A program made the position numbers and the translations under genes. Shown here in pieces: positions 10,963 through 19,261 of a DNA stretch of 32,000 nt (position 1 is the stretch's first letter; every line of letters starts with the position of its first letter). The stretch is from Escherichia coli (GTDB taxonomy: Bacteria; Pseudomonadota; Gammaproteobacteria; Enterobacterales; Enterobacteriaceae): the NCBI RefSeq assembly GCF_045290265.1, contig NZ_CP142925.1. One strand, 5' to 3'. The notes under the pieces are model-generated. The model worked only from the letters and a program-made list of their open reading frames with translations. It made no database searches and was not told the origin of the DNA.

Positions 10963-10966
10963 AATG
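10943..10966 (+). promoter_or_regulatory. Candidate yihW promoter/operator copy of the GTCACTTTTTGT motif, overlapping the yihV 3' end
   Basis: TTTTGTCACTTTTTGTATAAAATG. Same core as in the yihU/yihV intergenic region, 35-50 bp upstream of the yihW ATG. Confidence 0.45.
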
Positions 10967-10995
10967 CCAGGGTGATGGTTTTTCGAGGAATTTTC

Positions 10996-11781
10996 ATGAG
11001 CCTTACCGAACTAACCGGTAACCCGCGGCACGACCAACTCCTCATGCTGATCGCCGAGCGTGGGTATATGAATATTGATGAGCTGGCAAATCTGCTGGAT
11101 GTCTCCACGCAGACGGTCCGCCGGGATATTCGTAAATTAAGCGAGCAAGGACTGATCACGCGCCATCACGGTGGCGCGGGTCGGGCCTCCAGCGTCGTTA
11201 ATATGGCGTTCGAACAGCGTGAGGTTTCGCAAACCGAGGAAAAAAAAGCCATCGCGGAGGCGGTGGCAGATTATATTCCTGATGGTTCGACAATATTTAT
11301 CACCATCGGTACGACCGTTGAGCATGTTGCCCGGGCGTTACTTAACCATAATCATTTGCGGATAATCACCAACAGCCTGCGTGTGGCACATATTCTTTAT
11401 CATAACCCGCGTTTTGAAGTGATGGTGCCAGGCGGTACGCTGCGTTCGCATAATAGCGGGATTATTGGCCCTTCAGCGGCGTCCTTTGTGGCCGATTTTC
11501 GTGCTGATTATCTTGTAACAAGCGTTGGGGCGATTGAGAGCGATGGCGCGTTGATGGAGTTTGATGTTAACGAAGCTAACGTAGTGAAAACGATGATGGC
11601 GCACGCGAGAAATATCCTGCTGGTCGCCGACCACACTAAGTATCATGCTTCGGCGGCAGTTGAAATTGGTAACGTGGCACAGGTCACTGCACTCTTTACC
11701 GACGAGCTGCCACCCGCTGCGCTAAAATCACGCTTACAAGACAGCCAAATTGAAATCATCCTCCCCCAGGAAGACGCGTAG
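10996..11781 (+). CDS. yihW: YihW/CsqR, DeoR-family transcriptional regulator of sulfoquinovose genes
   Basis: Start MSLTELTGNPRHDQLLML at 10996 gives 261 aa. DeoR HTH (YMNIDELANLLDVSTQTVRRDIRKLSEQGLITRHHGGA). Confidence 0.96.
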   Translation: MSLTELTGNPRHDQLLMLIAERGYMNIDELANLLDVSTQTVRRDIRKLSEQGLITRHHGGAGRASSVVNMAFEQREVSQTEEKKAIAEAVADYIPDGSTIFITIGTTVEHVARALLNHNHLRIITNSLRVAHILYHNPRFEVMVPGGTLRSHNSGIIGPSAASFVADFRADYLVTSVGAIESDGALMEFDVNEANVVKTMMAHARNILLVADHTKYHASAAVEIGNVAQVTALFTDELPPAALKSRLQDSQIEIILPQEDA

Positions 11782-11879
11782 AATTTTGTGACCGTTGACC
11801 TTGCTTCATACCTGACCACATAGCCAAACCCATCCTTTCCCGCTACAGTTAATTTCTTGTGGCGAGAAAGGAGGCAAAA

Positions 11880-12479
11880 ATGCTCTATATCTTTGATTTA
11901 GGTAATGTGATTGTCGATATCGACTTTAACCGTGTGCTGGGAACCTGGAGCGATTTAACGCGTATTCCGCTGGCATCGCTTAAAAAGAGTTTTCATATGG
12001 GGGAGGCGTTTCATCAGCATGAGCGTGGGGAAATTAGCGACGAAGCGTTCGCAGAGGCGATGTGTCATGAGATGGCTCTACCGCTAAGCTACGAGCAGTT
12101 CTCCCACGGCTGGCAGGCGGTGTTTGTCGCGCTGCGCCCGGAAGTGATCGCCATCATGCATAAACTGCGTGAGCAGGGGCATCGTGTGGTGGTGCTTTCC
12201 AATACCAACCGCCTGCATACTACCTTCTGGCCGGAGGAATACCCGGAAATCCGTGATGCTGCTGACCATATTTATCTTTCGCAAGATCTGGGCATGCGCA
12301 AACCTGAAGCGCGAATTTACCAGCATGTTTTGCAGGCAGAAGGTTTTTCCCCCAGCGATACGGTCTTTTTCGACGATAACGCCGATAATATAGAAGGAGC
12401 AAATCAGCTAGGCATTACCAGTATTCTGGTGAAAGATAAAACCACCATCCCGGACTATTTCGCGAAGGTGTTATGCTAA
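11880..12479 (+). CDS. yihX: YihX, HAD-like alpha-D-glucose-1-phosphate phosphatase
   Basis: Start [20 protein letters not shown] at 11880 gives 199 aa. HAD motifs ([18 protein letters not shown]). AGAAAGGAGG SD upstream. Confidence 0.96.
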   Translation: MLYIFDLGNVIVDIDFNRVLGTWSDLTRIPLASLKKSFHMGEAFHQHERGEISDEAFAEAMCHEMALPLSYEQFSHGWQAVFVALRPEVIAIMHKLREQGHRVVVLSNTNRLHTTFWPEEYPEIRDAADHIYLSQDLGMRKPEARIYQHVLQAEGFSPSDTVFFDDNADNIEGANQLGITSILVKDKTTIPDYFAKVLC

Positions 12480-13345
12480 AAACCATCCATGAAAAAGCCA
12501 GGTATCGTACCCGTCCGCTATGGGCCTGGCTGAAACTACTCTGGCAACGCATTAATGAGGACAACATGACCACCCTGGCAGGTAATCTTGCCTATGTGTC
12601 GTTGCTCTCATTAGTGCCGCTGGTTGCCGTTGTTTTTGCGCTTTTTGCCGCTTTTCCCATCTTCTCAGACGTTAGTATCCAACTGCGTCACTTTATTTTT
12701 GCCAACTTTCTCCCTGCCACTGGCGACGTTATCCAGCAATATATCGAACAATTTGTTGCCAATTCCAACAAGATGACCGCCGTTGGGGCGTGCGGGCTGA
12801 TCGTCACGGCGTTATTGTTGATGTACTCCATCGATAGCGCGTTGAATACCATCTGGCGCAGTAAACGAGCGCGACCAAAAATTTACTCGTTTGCCGTGTA
12901 CTGGATGATTTTAACGCTGGGGCCGCTGCTGGCAGGGGCCAGTCTGGCGATCAGTTCCTATTTGCTCTCCCTGCGCTGGGCGAGCGATCTCAATACTGTC
13001 ATCGACAATGTGCTGCGTATTTTTCCGCTGCTGTTGTCGTGGATCTCCTTCTGGTTGCTGTACAGCATTGTTCCTACCATCCGCGTACCTAACCGCGACG
13101 CGATTGTCGGCGCGTTTGTCGCTGCACTCCTGTTCGAAGCAGGAAAGAAAGGTTTCGCGCTTTATATCACCATGTTCCCGTCATATCAGCTCATTTACGG
13201 CGTGCTGGCGGTGATCCCCATTCTCTTTGTTTGGGTCTACTGGACATGGTGTATCGTCTTGCTTGGCGCGGAAATTACTGTCACTCTCGGGGAATACCGC
13301 AAATTAAAACAAGCTGCTGAACAAGAAGAAGACGACGAACCATGA
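12473..13345 (+). CDS. yihY: YihY, inner-membrane protein (YihY/UPF0761 family)
   Basis: 290-aa membrane ORF starting [50 protein letters not shown]. Overlaps yihX by 7 nt and dtd by 4 nt. Confidence 0.95.
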
Positions 13346-13779
13346 TTGCATTAATTCAACGCGTAACCCGTGCCAGCGTCACCGTGGAGGGAGAAGTGAC
13401 GGGTGAAATTGGCGCGGGACTTTTGGTGTTATTGGGTGTCGAAAAGGATGACGACGAACAGAAAGCAAACCGTCTGTGCGAGCGTGTACTCGGCTACCGC
13501 ATCTTTAGCGATGCCGAAGGCAAGATGAATCTCAACGTGCAACAGGCGGGCGGCAGTGTACTGGTGGTTTCCCAGTTTACCCTTGCCGCAGATACCGAAC
13601 GGGGGATGCGCCCAAGTTTCTCCAAAGGCGCATCACCGGATCGCGCAGAGGCGTTATATGACTATTTCGTCGAACGCTGCCGTCAGCAAGAGATGAACAC
13701 GCAAACAGGACGCTTCGCTGCGGATATGCAGGTATCGCTGGTCAATGATGGCCCCGTGACATTCTGGTTGCAGGTATGA
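13342..13779 (+). CDS. dtd: D-aminoacyl-tRNA deacylase Dtd
   Basis: 145-aa [37 protein letters not shown]...; conserved GPVTFWLQV tail. Confidence 0.98.
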
Positions 13780-14765
13780 GCCAGCTTCCAGGGTTGTCAC
13801 GGGAAACAAGAGAGAGTATCGCTATGTATCACCTTCGGGTTCCACAAACAGAAGAAGAATTAGAGCGTTACTATCAGTTTCGCTGGGAAATGTTGCGTAA
13901 GCCCCTGCATCAACCGAAAGGTTCGGAACGCGACGCGTGGGATGCGATGGCGCATCACCAGATGGTCGTCGACGAGCAGGGTAATCTGGTGGCGGTAGGC
14001 CGACTGTATATTAATGCCGACAATGAAGCGTCTATTCGCTTTATGGCCGTTCATCCCGACGTGCAGGACAAAGGGTTAGGAACGCTGATGGCGATGACCC
14101 TCGAATCTGTGGCGCGTCAGGAAGGTGTTAAGCGCGTGACCTGTAGCGCCCGCGAAGACGCGGTGGAGTTTTTCGCCAAGCTGGGGTTTGTTAATCAGGG
14201 AGAAATCACCACGCCAACCACCACGCCGATTCGCCATTTTTTGATGATTAAACCTGTCGCCACTCTGGATGATATTTTGCATCGCGGCGACTGGTGCGCC
14301 CAGCTTCAGCAGGCGTGGTACGAACATATCCCGCTAAGCGAAAAAATGGGCGTGCGCATTCAGCAATATACCGGGCAAAAATTTATCACCACCATGCCGG
14401 AAACCGGCAATCAGAATCCGCATCATACGCTGTTTGCCGGGAGTTTATTCTCGCTGGCTACGCTCACCGGTTGGGGGCTTATCTGGCTGATGCTGCGTGA
14501 ACGCCATCTGGGCGGAACGATTATTCTGGCGGATGCGCATATTCGCTACAGCAAGCCGATTAGCGGTAAACCTCATGCGGTAGCCGACCTCGGTGCCTTA
14601 AGCGGCGATCTCGACCGTCTGGCGCGCGGGCGCAAAGCGCGGGTACAAATGCAGGTCGAAATCTTTGGCGACGAGACGCCGGGTGCAGTGTTTGAAGGCA
14701 CGTATATCGTTCTGCCCGCGAAGCCATTTGGCCCGTATGAAGAGGGCGGGAACGAAGAAGAGTAG
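13776..14765 (+). CDS. fabY: FabY (YiiD), GNAT + thioesterase-like, fatty acid biosynthesis protein
   Basis: 329-aa [53 protein letters not shown]-terminal GNAT and C-terminal hotdog-like regions; overlaps dtd by 4 nt. Confidence 0.95.
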
Positions 14766-14773
14766 CTGATGGA

Positions 14774-14804
14774 GAGGGGCGGTGCTGCCTCTCTCATTCT
14801 TTCA
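14774..14804 (+). terminator. Putative terminator downstream of fabY
   Basis: GAGAGG(GGCGGTGCTG)CCTCTC stem followed by TCATTCTTTC, just after the fabY stop. Confidence 0.5.
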
Positions 14805-15180
14805 GGTCATTTACTTCAGTCTCTGACTATTCCGGTTATATTGAATAAGAACTCTATAAATTTTTATTCTTCGTTGGCACCATACGTGTCTTGCTACATC
14901 ACTGTTCAGGAGCATTTAAATATTATTTGTAGAGCTGAGTGGCAATTATCGCTGATAATGCTTAATTCATCATCTTAGTTCAGGTTTGAGCGATTTTTGA
15001 TAGTCAAAACCCCCTCTGGTGCCATACTTTTCTCATAAATATTTTTAAAATCTATAGCTAACAAACATTATGCAAAGATAATGGACTGGCGTCATTGTCA
15101 GTATCATTCATTTACTGCTTCTGGATGTTGTAAATAATTATGTGGCATGTTTGCTCTTAAACCGTGGGAAGGAGGCTGTA

Positions 15181-16995
15181 ATGGTTGCCAATATTAATCT
15201 CATTAAACAAGAAAGTTATTCTATTGTTAATTTAGAAAAACAACTAATGAGTAATGAATCACCGAAGCAAACGCTATTAAATGATTTTTCACATCGCCTT
15301 AAAATGGAAGGTGAGGAGCAACTGTGCGATTGTGTTAACGAACTTAAACTCGGGTTGTCGAGTAATAATAAATATGACTTGTTTAAAAATAAAGAAACCT
15401 CACTGTGGAAACGCAAAGTACCAGAAAGTGCAGCGCTGGCAATGACGGGAACAGTATATAAATTATTTGGTAGTCGCTTACTCAACGCCCGCAATCAGTT
15501 AGATAAAAATCTCCTCGAAATGGCTATGCAAATGGTTTATGGCAAAGATATGGTGACAAAGTCCGGGGATATATTGATTGATATACAATTAAACAAGGAT
15601 GGCAGCCTTCAGAGTAAGCACTACACATTTGATGTAGGTGAAGTTATAAACAGTTATAATATTGACCTCTTTGTGAATGCTTCGAGTATTAATCAAACTT
15701 ACTTACATGATAAAAATCCTGGTGACGTTATTAGCCTGTATGGCACTTTAGATAACATTCCTCTTGTAGTTAAGGAATGCACGGGTAAAAATCATCAAAT
15801 TAACGTTAAAGCCAAATTGCCTCAAGAACGAAGTGAAAAAGTTGAGGATATGTGTGAAAGAATGAGAGGTGGCATCTCTATGTTTAATCACACTACAAAA
15901 ACAGCTGGTAATATAGAGCATAATTTGCATCTAAGTTTTCTCGTGGATTCACGACCGTCGATCACAAATAAATACTCAGCCAAAGATGTAGGGGAAGATA
16001 TACTTGCATTGCCCGTCAACGTATATCATGCAGATTTTAAAATTAAAATCAATAACGCAGTAGAGAAGGCCTCGTCAATTGTGTTATGTGCTGTGCAAAA
16101 AAATCTCCATGCAGCAAGGAAGGTTCTTAGCGGGATAATAGGAAATGTGCCAAAAAATAATAAACCAAAAACAATCATTTTGGATTTACGTTTTCTTAGT
16201 GCAATTAAGCAGAAGGTTTTTTTGGGCAGTGAAAAACCGTTGTTTGTAAAGCATACCGCAATGATGAGGGAGGCATGTGAGGAATTACCGCAGTCAGTGG
16301 AATATGTTCCTTTAGCCTGTGAAGCGCATAGCCATCGCAGCGTCGCCCTTGCCAAAACCGTGGCTGCGCCCATCATGGCGACAGGTGTGGGCTCGGCTTT
16401 AATGTATGCAACATCATCAGGACCGTATTATGCGCAAAGTCTTTCTGGTTCTCCGGATATCGAGATGATAAAAAATCGCATGGCTCAATTGTTTACCCAG
16501 TTGGATGCTTCTGTGCGCAACAAATATCGCCCGGCTTTTGATAAATGGAATGAGCTGGTAGATAAATTAAATCACGAAAGAAATACAGTTCCGTTTGCGT
16601 GTTTGACCACCATTTTAGCGACGGCGATAAATGAAACTCCTGAGGGGGATACGAATGTTGCCGTTGTGATGGGGTGTAAATCTGCGAAAGATCGCACGAT
16701 ATCCATTGTCCTTGGTAACTCGATGTTGCAAACACTCCTTGAAAAACGCCTCGCCGATGGTAGAGAAATAGAAAAGCTTTTTGATCAACAGGGATATTTT
16801 AGTTGCGATTCATTAACAGCCAAAGAATTAATGATGTTAAAAGACCTTTTTGATATTCGAGTTCTTCATCTCTCTAACAAATTTAATGTTGGATTGCAAG
16901 GTAATATCAACACGGATGTTTTACAAGATTCGTTTTTTAAAAATGTCGATTTCATTCATGAATCTAGCTCGTATACCGTAGGGATGGGAGTCTGA
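15181..16995 (+). CDS. Putative SopB/IpgD/SidF-like CX5R phosphoinositide phosphatase or effector-like protein (uncharacterised)
   Basis: ORF 15142..16995. The best start is ATG 15181 (MVANINLIKQESYSIVNLEK), preceded by a very strong SD (GGAAGGAGG, 5-nt spacing), giving 604 aa. C-terminal signature VAVVMGCKSAKDRTISIVLGN is C-X5-R-T, similar to NCKSGKDRT of SopB/IpgD. AT-rich compared with neighbouring core genes. Confidence 0.55.
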   Translation: MVANINLIKQESYSIVNLEKQLMSNESPKQTLLNDFSHRLKMEGEEQLCDCVNELKLGLSSNNKYDLFKNKETSLWKRKVPESAALAMTGTVYKLFGSRLLNARNQLDKNLLEMAMQMVYGKDMVTKSGDILIDIQLNKDGSLQSKHYTFDVGEVINSYNIDLFVNASSINQTYLHDKNPGDVISLYGTLDNIPLVVKECTGKNHQINVKAKLPQERSEKVEDMCERMRGGISMFNHTTKTAGNIEHNLHLSFLVDSRPSITNKYSAKDVGEDILALPVNVYHADFKIKINNAVEKASSIVLCAVQKNLHAARKVLSGIIGNVPKNNKPKTIILDLRFLSAIKQKVFLGSEKPLFVKHTAMMREACEELPQSVEYVPLACEAHSHRSVALAKTVAAPIMATGVGSALMYATSSGPYYAQSLSGSPDIEMIKNRMAQLFTQLDASVRNKYRPAFDKWNELVDKLNHERNTVPFACLTTILATAINETPEGDTNVAVVMGCKSAKDRTISIVLGNSMLQTLLEKRLADGREIEKLFDQQGYFSCDSLTAKELMMLKDLFDIRVLHLSNKFNVGLQGNINTDVLQDSFFKNVDFIHESSSYTVGMGV

Positions 16996-17060
16996 CGGGT
17001 AAAACTCATTAGGATTATCAGAATTCGGACAATGTATTGCAAAAATGACATACAAAGAGA

Positions 17061-17166
17061 GATGTGCGCAGGCACTTAGCTGCGAGGGGCATGGCGAAGC
17101 CATACAGAAAGCACCAGCATTCAGAACTCCTGTGAAAGCGGCATAGTGCCGCTTTCACAGGAGTTA
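17061..17166. repeat. Copy A of a ~100-nt duplicated structured element (partner 18880..18983)
   Basis: GCAGGCACTTAG...GGGCATGGCGAAGCCATACAGAAAGCACCAGCATTCAGAACTCCTGTGAAAGCGGCATAGTGCCGCTTTCACAGGAGTT, nearly identical to copy B. Contains a perfect inverted repeat with 19-bp arms and a 3-nt loop at 17125..17165. Confidence 0.9.
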
Positions 17167-18147
17167 CCTTCCCGCTCTCCAGGCCACATCCCGCAGCGCC
17201 GATCGCGCAGCCTCACTGATACCACCTAACTGAAAAAATCCGTGGATAACGCCAAGGTAGCGTTGGCAGGTGCATTGCACTCCTTGCCCTGTCATGCGGT
17301 GATACAACGCTTCACCTTCATCGCAAAGTGGGTCGTATTCAGCGGTAATGATATGTACAGGTGGCAAGCCATTGAAATCATCGCGCCAAAGAGGGCTGGC
17401 TTCAGGATGCCTGCGTTCAATGCCTGGCAGATACATCTCAAAGCCGCTCAGTAAAGTGTCGCGTGTGATGATGTAATCGTGACCATTGCGTATGTAGCTT
17501 TCGAAATGCGCAGTCGCATCAAGCATGGGATAAATTAAGATGAGTTGTGCCGGTTGCCACTCGCCAGCACGCTTTAATCGCAAAGCAGTTACCAGCGCCA
17601 GATGTCCGCCCGCACTGTCACCGGCAAGAGTTATCCGTTGTTTATCAACGCCGAGTCGTTCGGCGTGTTGCCAGACTAATTCTGCACCTCGTTGCGCATC
17701 ATCATGGGCGGCGGGGAAAGTCTGTTCCGGTGCCAGCCGATACTGGACGGCAATAACCCGACATTGCCCGTAATAGGCTAACTGGCGCAGCTGGTTGTCG
17801 TGAGTTGCGAACCCGCCGCTAACAAAACAGCCACCGTAGTAATAAATTATCGTCGGGAGTAATGTCGGGGCATTCAGCGGTGACACTATTCGTAAGATCA
17901 TCCCTTCAAGTTCGATAGTCTGAATATCTACCCGCGTTTCTGTCTCACCCGCAAGGACAGCGCTGGCGATATAGCCCTCCCTGCGCTGCGCAATACTTTG
18001 TTGACGCGATGAGGGGCGACCCGCAGCGATAAACTCTTCGACTAACTCTGCAATTCCTTTTTCCAGTGCCATAGTAGAACTCATTTTGCTGTATGAATGT
18101 ACAGTTTTATACACCCGTTTTTGCTGGATGGATACAGGGAAATTCAC
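17164..18147 (-). CDS. HSL-type alpha/beta hydrolase (esterase/lipase)
   Basis: 327-aa ORF (start may be internal, e.g. MSSTMALEKG at 18084). GGCFVSGG (HGG-like oxyanion hole), nucleophile elbow GDSAGG, catalytic Asp/His context EYDPLCDEGEAL...GVIHGFF. Confidence 0.85.
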   Translation of the reverse strand: MNFPVSIQQKRVYKTVHSYSKMSSTMALEKGIAELVEEFIAAGRPSSRQQSIAQRREGYIASAVLAGETETRVDIQTIELEGMILRIVSPLNAPTLLPTIIYYYGGCFVSGGFATHDNQLRQLAYYGQCRVIAVQYRLAPEQTFPAAHDDAQRGAELVWQHAERLGVDKQRITLAGDSAGGHLALVTALRLKRAGEWQPAQLILIYPMLDATAHFESYIRNGHDYIITRDTLLSGFEMYLPGIERRHPEASPLWRDDFNGLPPVHIITAEYDPLCDEGEALYHRMTGQGVQCTCQRYLGVIHGFFQLGGISEAARSALRDVAWRAGR

Positions 18148-18246
18148 GGGCGTGAAAAATCTGGAAAGCGCCTCGCAAATGTAAAGACAAACCCGGCAGA
18201 GACGTGGTTTTGCTGGAGCACTATCAGTAAGCTAGTGGTTTCAAGG

Positions 18247-18299
18247 GTACGTCAATGACGTACAAAAAGGATTGTTACTCTAAGCCAATGGCGTATAAT
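18247..18299 (+). promoter_or_regulatory. Putative toxin-antitoxin operator/promoter
   Basis: Palindrome GTACGTCA-A-TGACGTAC (18247..18263), then TTGTTA-N16-TATAAT ending immediately before the ATG at 18301. Confidence 0.5.
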
Positions 18300-18300
18300 T

Positions 18301-18612
18301 ATGCTCTTCATCGAAACGGAAATTTTTACTGAAGATGTTCAAAAACTGCTGACCGACGATGAATTCAGTCGTTTTCAGTTTTTCCTGGCCTTGAATCCTG
18401 ACTATGGTGAGGTAATACCTGAAACTGGTGGGTTAAGAAAGGTTCGATGGGTGTCAGGAGGAAAGGGGAAACGTGCTGGTGTCAGGGTTATTTACTTTCA
18501 TCAGGTTAAACATTATGAGATCAGATTACTGCTTATTTATCGTAAGGGTATTAAAGATGATCTGTCTCCCCAGGAAAAAGCAATGCTCCGGTTGTTAAAT
18601 ACGAGGTGGTAA
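18301..18612 (+). CDS. RelE/HigB-family toxin
   Basis: 103-aa ORF, MLFIETEIFTEDVQKLLTDDEFSRFQFFLALNPDYGEVIPETGGLRKVRWVSGGKGKRAGVRVIYF...IRLLLIYRKG, typical HigB/RelE fold. Start 1 nt after the preceding TATAATT; followed directly by the antitoxin. Confidence 0.85.
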   Translation: MLFIETEIFTEDVQKLLTDDEFSRFQFFLALNPDYGEVIPETGGLRKVRWVSGGKGKRAGVRVIYFHQVKHYEIRLLLIYRKGIKDDLSPQEKAMLRLLNTRW

Positions 18613-18903
18613 ATGGATAAGGCACTTTTTGAGCGGTTGACTCACAGCATGGCCCAGATGAATGAAATTATTGAAGGAACGCGACACCCTTCACGGACTT
18701 TTGAAGTTGATGCTATGAAAATCAAAGAAATACGCCGCGCTTCAGGGTTGTCACAATCTAAATTTGCCGAACTTATTTCCGTAAGCGTAGACACGTTGCG
18801 TAACTGGGAGCAGGGGCGACGTTCACCGACTGGGCCTGCAAAGGCTTTGCTGCGAGCGATTGCCAATGATCCGCAACATGTGCTGCAGGCACTTAACCGT
18901 TAG
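18613..18903 (+). CDS. NadS/HigA-type HTH antitoxin
   Basis: 96-aa ORF with Xre HTH (IRRASGLSQSKFAELISVSVDTLRNWEQGRRSPTGPAKALLRAI), abutting the toxin. Confidence 0.87.
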   Translation: MDKALFERLTHSMAQMNEIIEGTRHPSRTFEVDAMKIKEIRRASGLSQSKFAELISVSVDTLRNWEQGRRSPTGPAKALLRAIANDPQHVLQALNR

Positions 18904-18983
18904 AGGCATGGTTATGCCATACAGAAAGCACCAGCATTCAGAACTCCTATGAAAGCGGCATAGTGCCGCCTGCTCAGGAGTTT
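18880..18983 (+). repeat. Copy B of the duplicated structured element, forming the leader of the 18988 small ORF
   Basis: TGCTGCAGGCACTTAACC...GGCATGGTTATGCCATACAGAAAGCACCAGCATTCAGAACTCCTATGAAAGCGGCATAGTGCCGCCTGCTCAGGAGTT. AACTCCT (18942..18948) pairs with AGGAGTT (18976..18982), which carries the SD. Confidence 0.9.
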
Positions 18984-18987
18984 TACT

Positions 18988-19200
18988 ATGACCCGTAATC
19001 GTGCTGAACGTCGCCATCATATGGCGCGATTAAAAAAAATCCGCTGCCGTTATCGCACTGCAGGCGATGGAAGCAAAAAAGCATCAGGTATTTGCTTTCG
19101 TACTCCCTGTATTTGTTCTTGTTGGATGTGTGGGCATCGACGCTATCATAATGGTCCCCGCGTATCGGAAATTCGTGCAAAAGCACGCTATGCGAATTAA
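18988..19200 (+). CDS. Small basic His/Arg- and Cys-rich protein, function unknown
   Basis: 70-aa ORF MTRNRAERRHHMARLKKIRCRYRTAG...FRTPCICSCWMCGHRRYHNGPR. SD AGGAG 7 nt upstream; CxCxxC-like cluster. Confidence 0.6.
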   Translation: MTRNRAERRHHMARLKKIRCRYRTAGDGSKKASGICFRTPCICSCWMCGHRRYHNGPRVSEIRAKARYAN

Positions 19201-19261
19201 GGGAAAATGATGAACTATTTTAAGGAAGCACATTTTTAGAACTCTTAACAGGAGACTAAAA

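Noticed and set aside
15216-16376. Minus-strand ORFs (92, 60, 116 aa) opposite the SopB-like gene as possible antisense-encoded partners
   Set aside because: No RBS or domain support; most likely chance frames opposite a long coding frame.
17061-18983. CRISPR array or composite transposon formed by the repeated ~100-nt elements
   Set aside because: There are only two copies, about 1.7 kb apart. There are no regular spacers, no transposase ORF, and no target-site duplications or terminal inverted repeats recognised.
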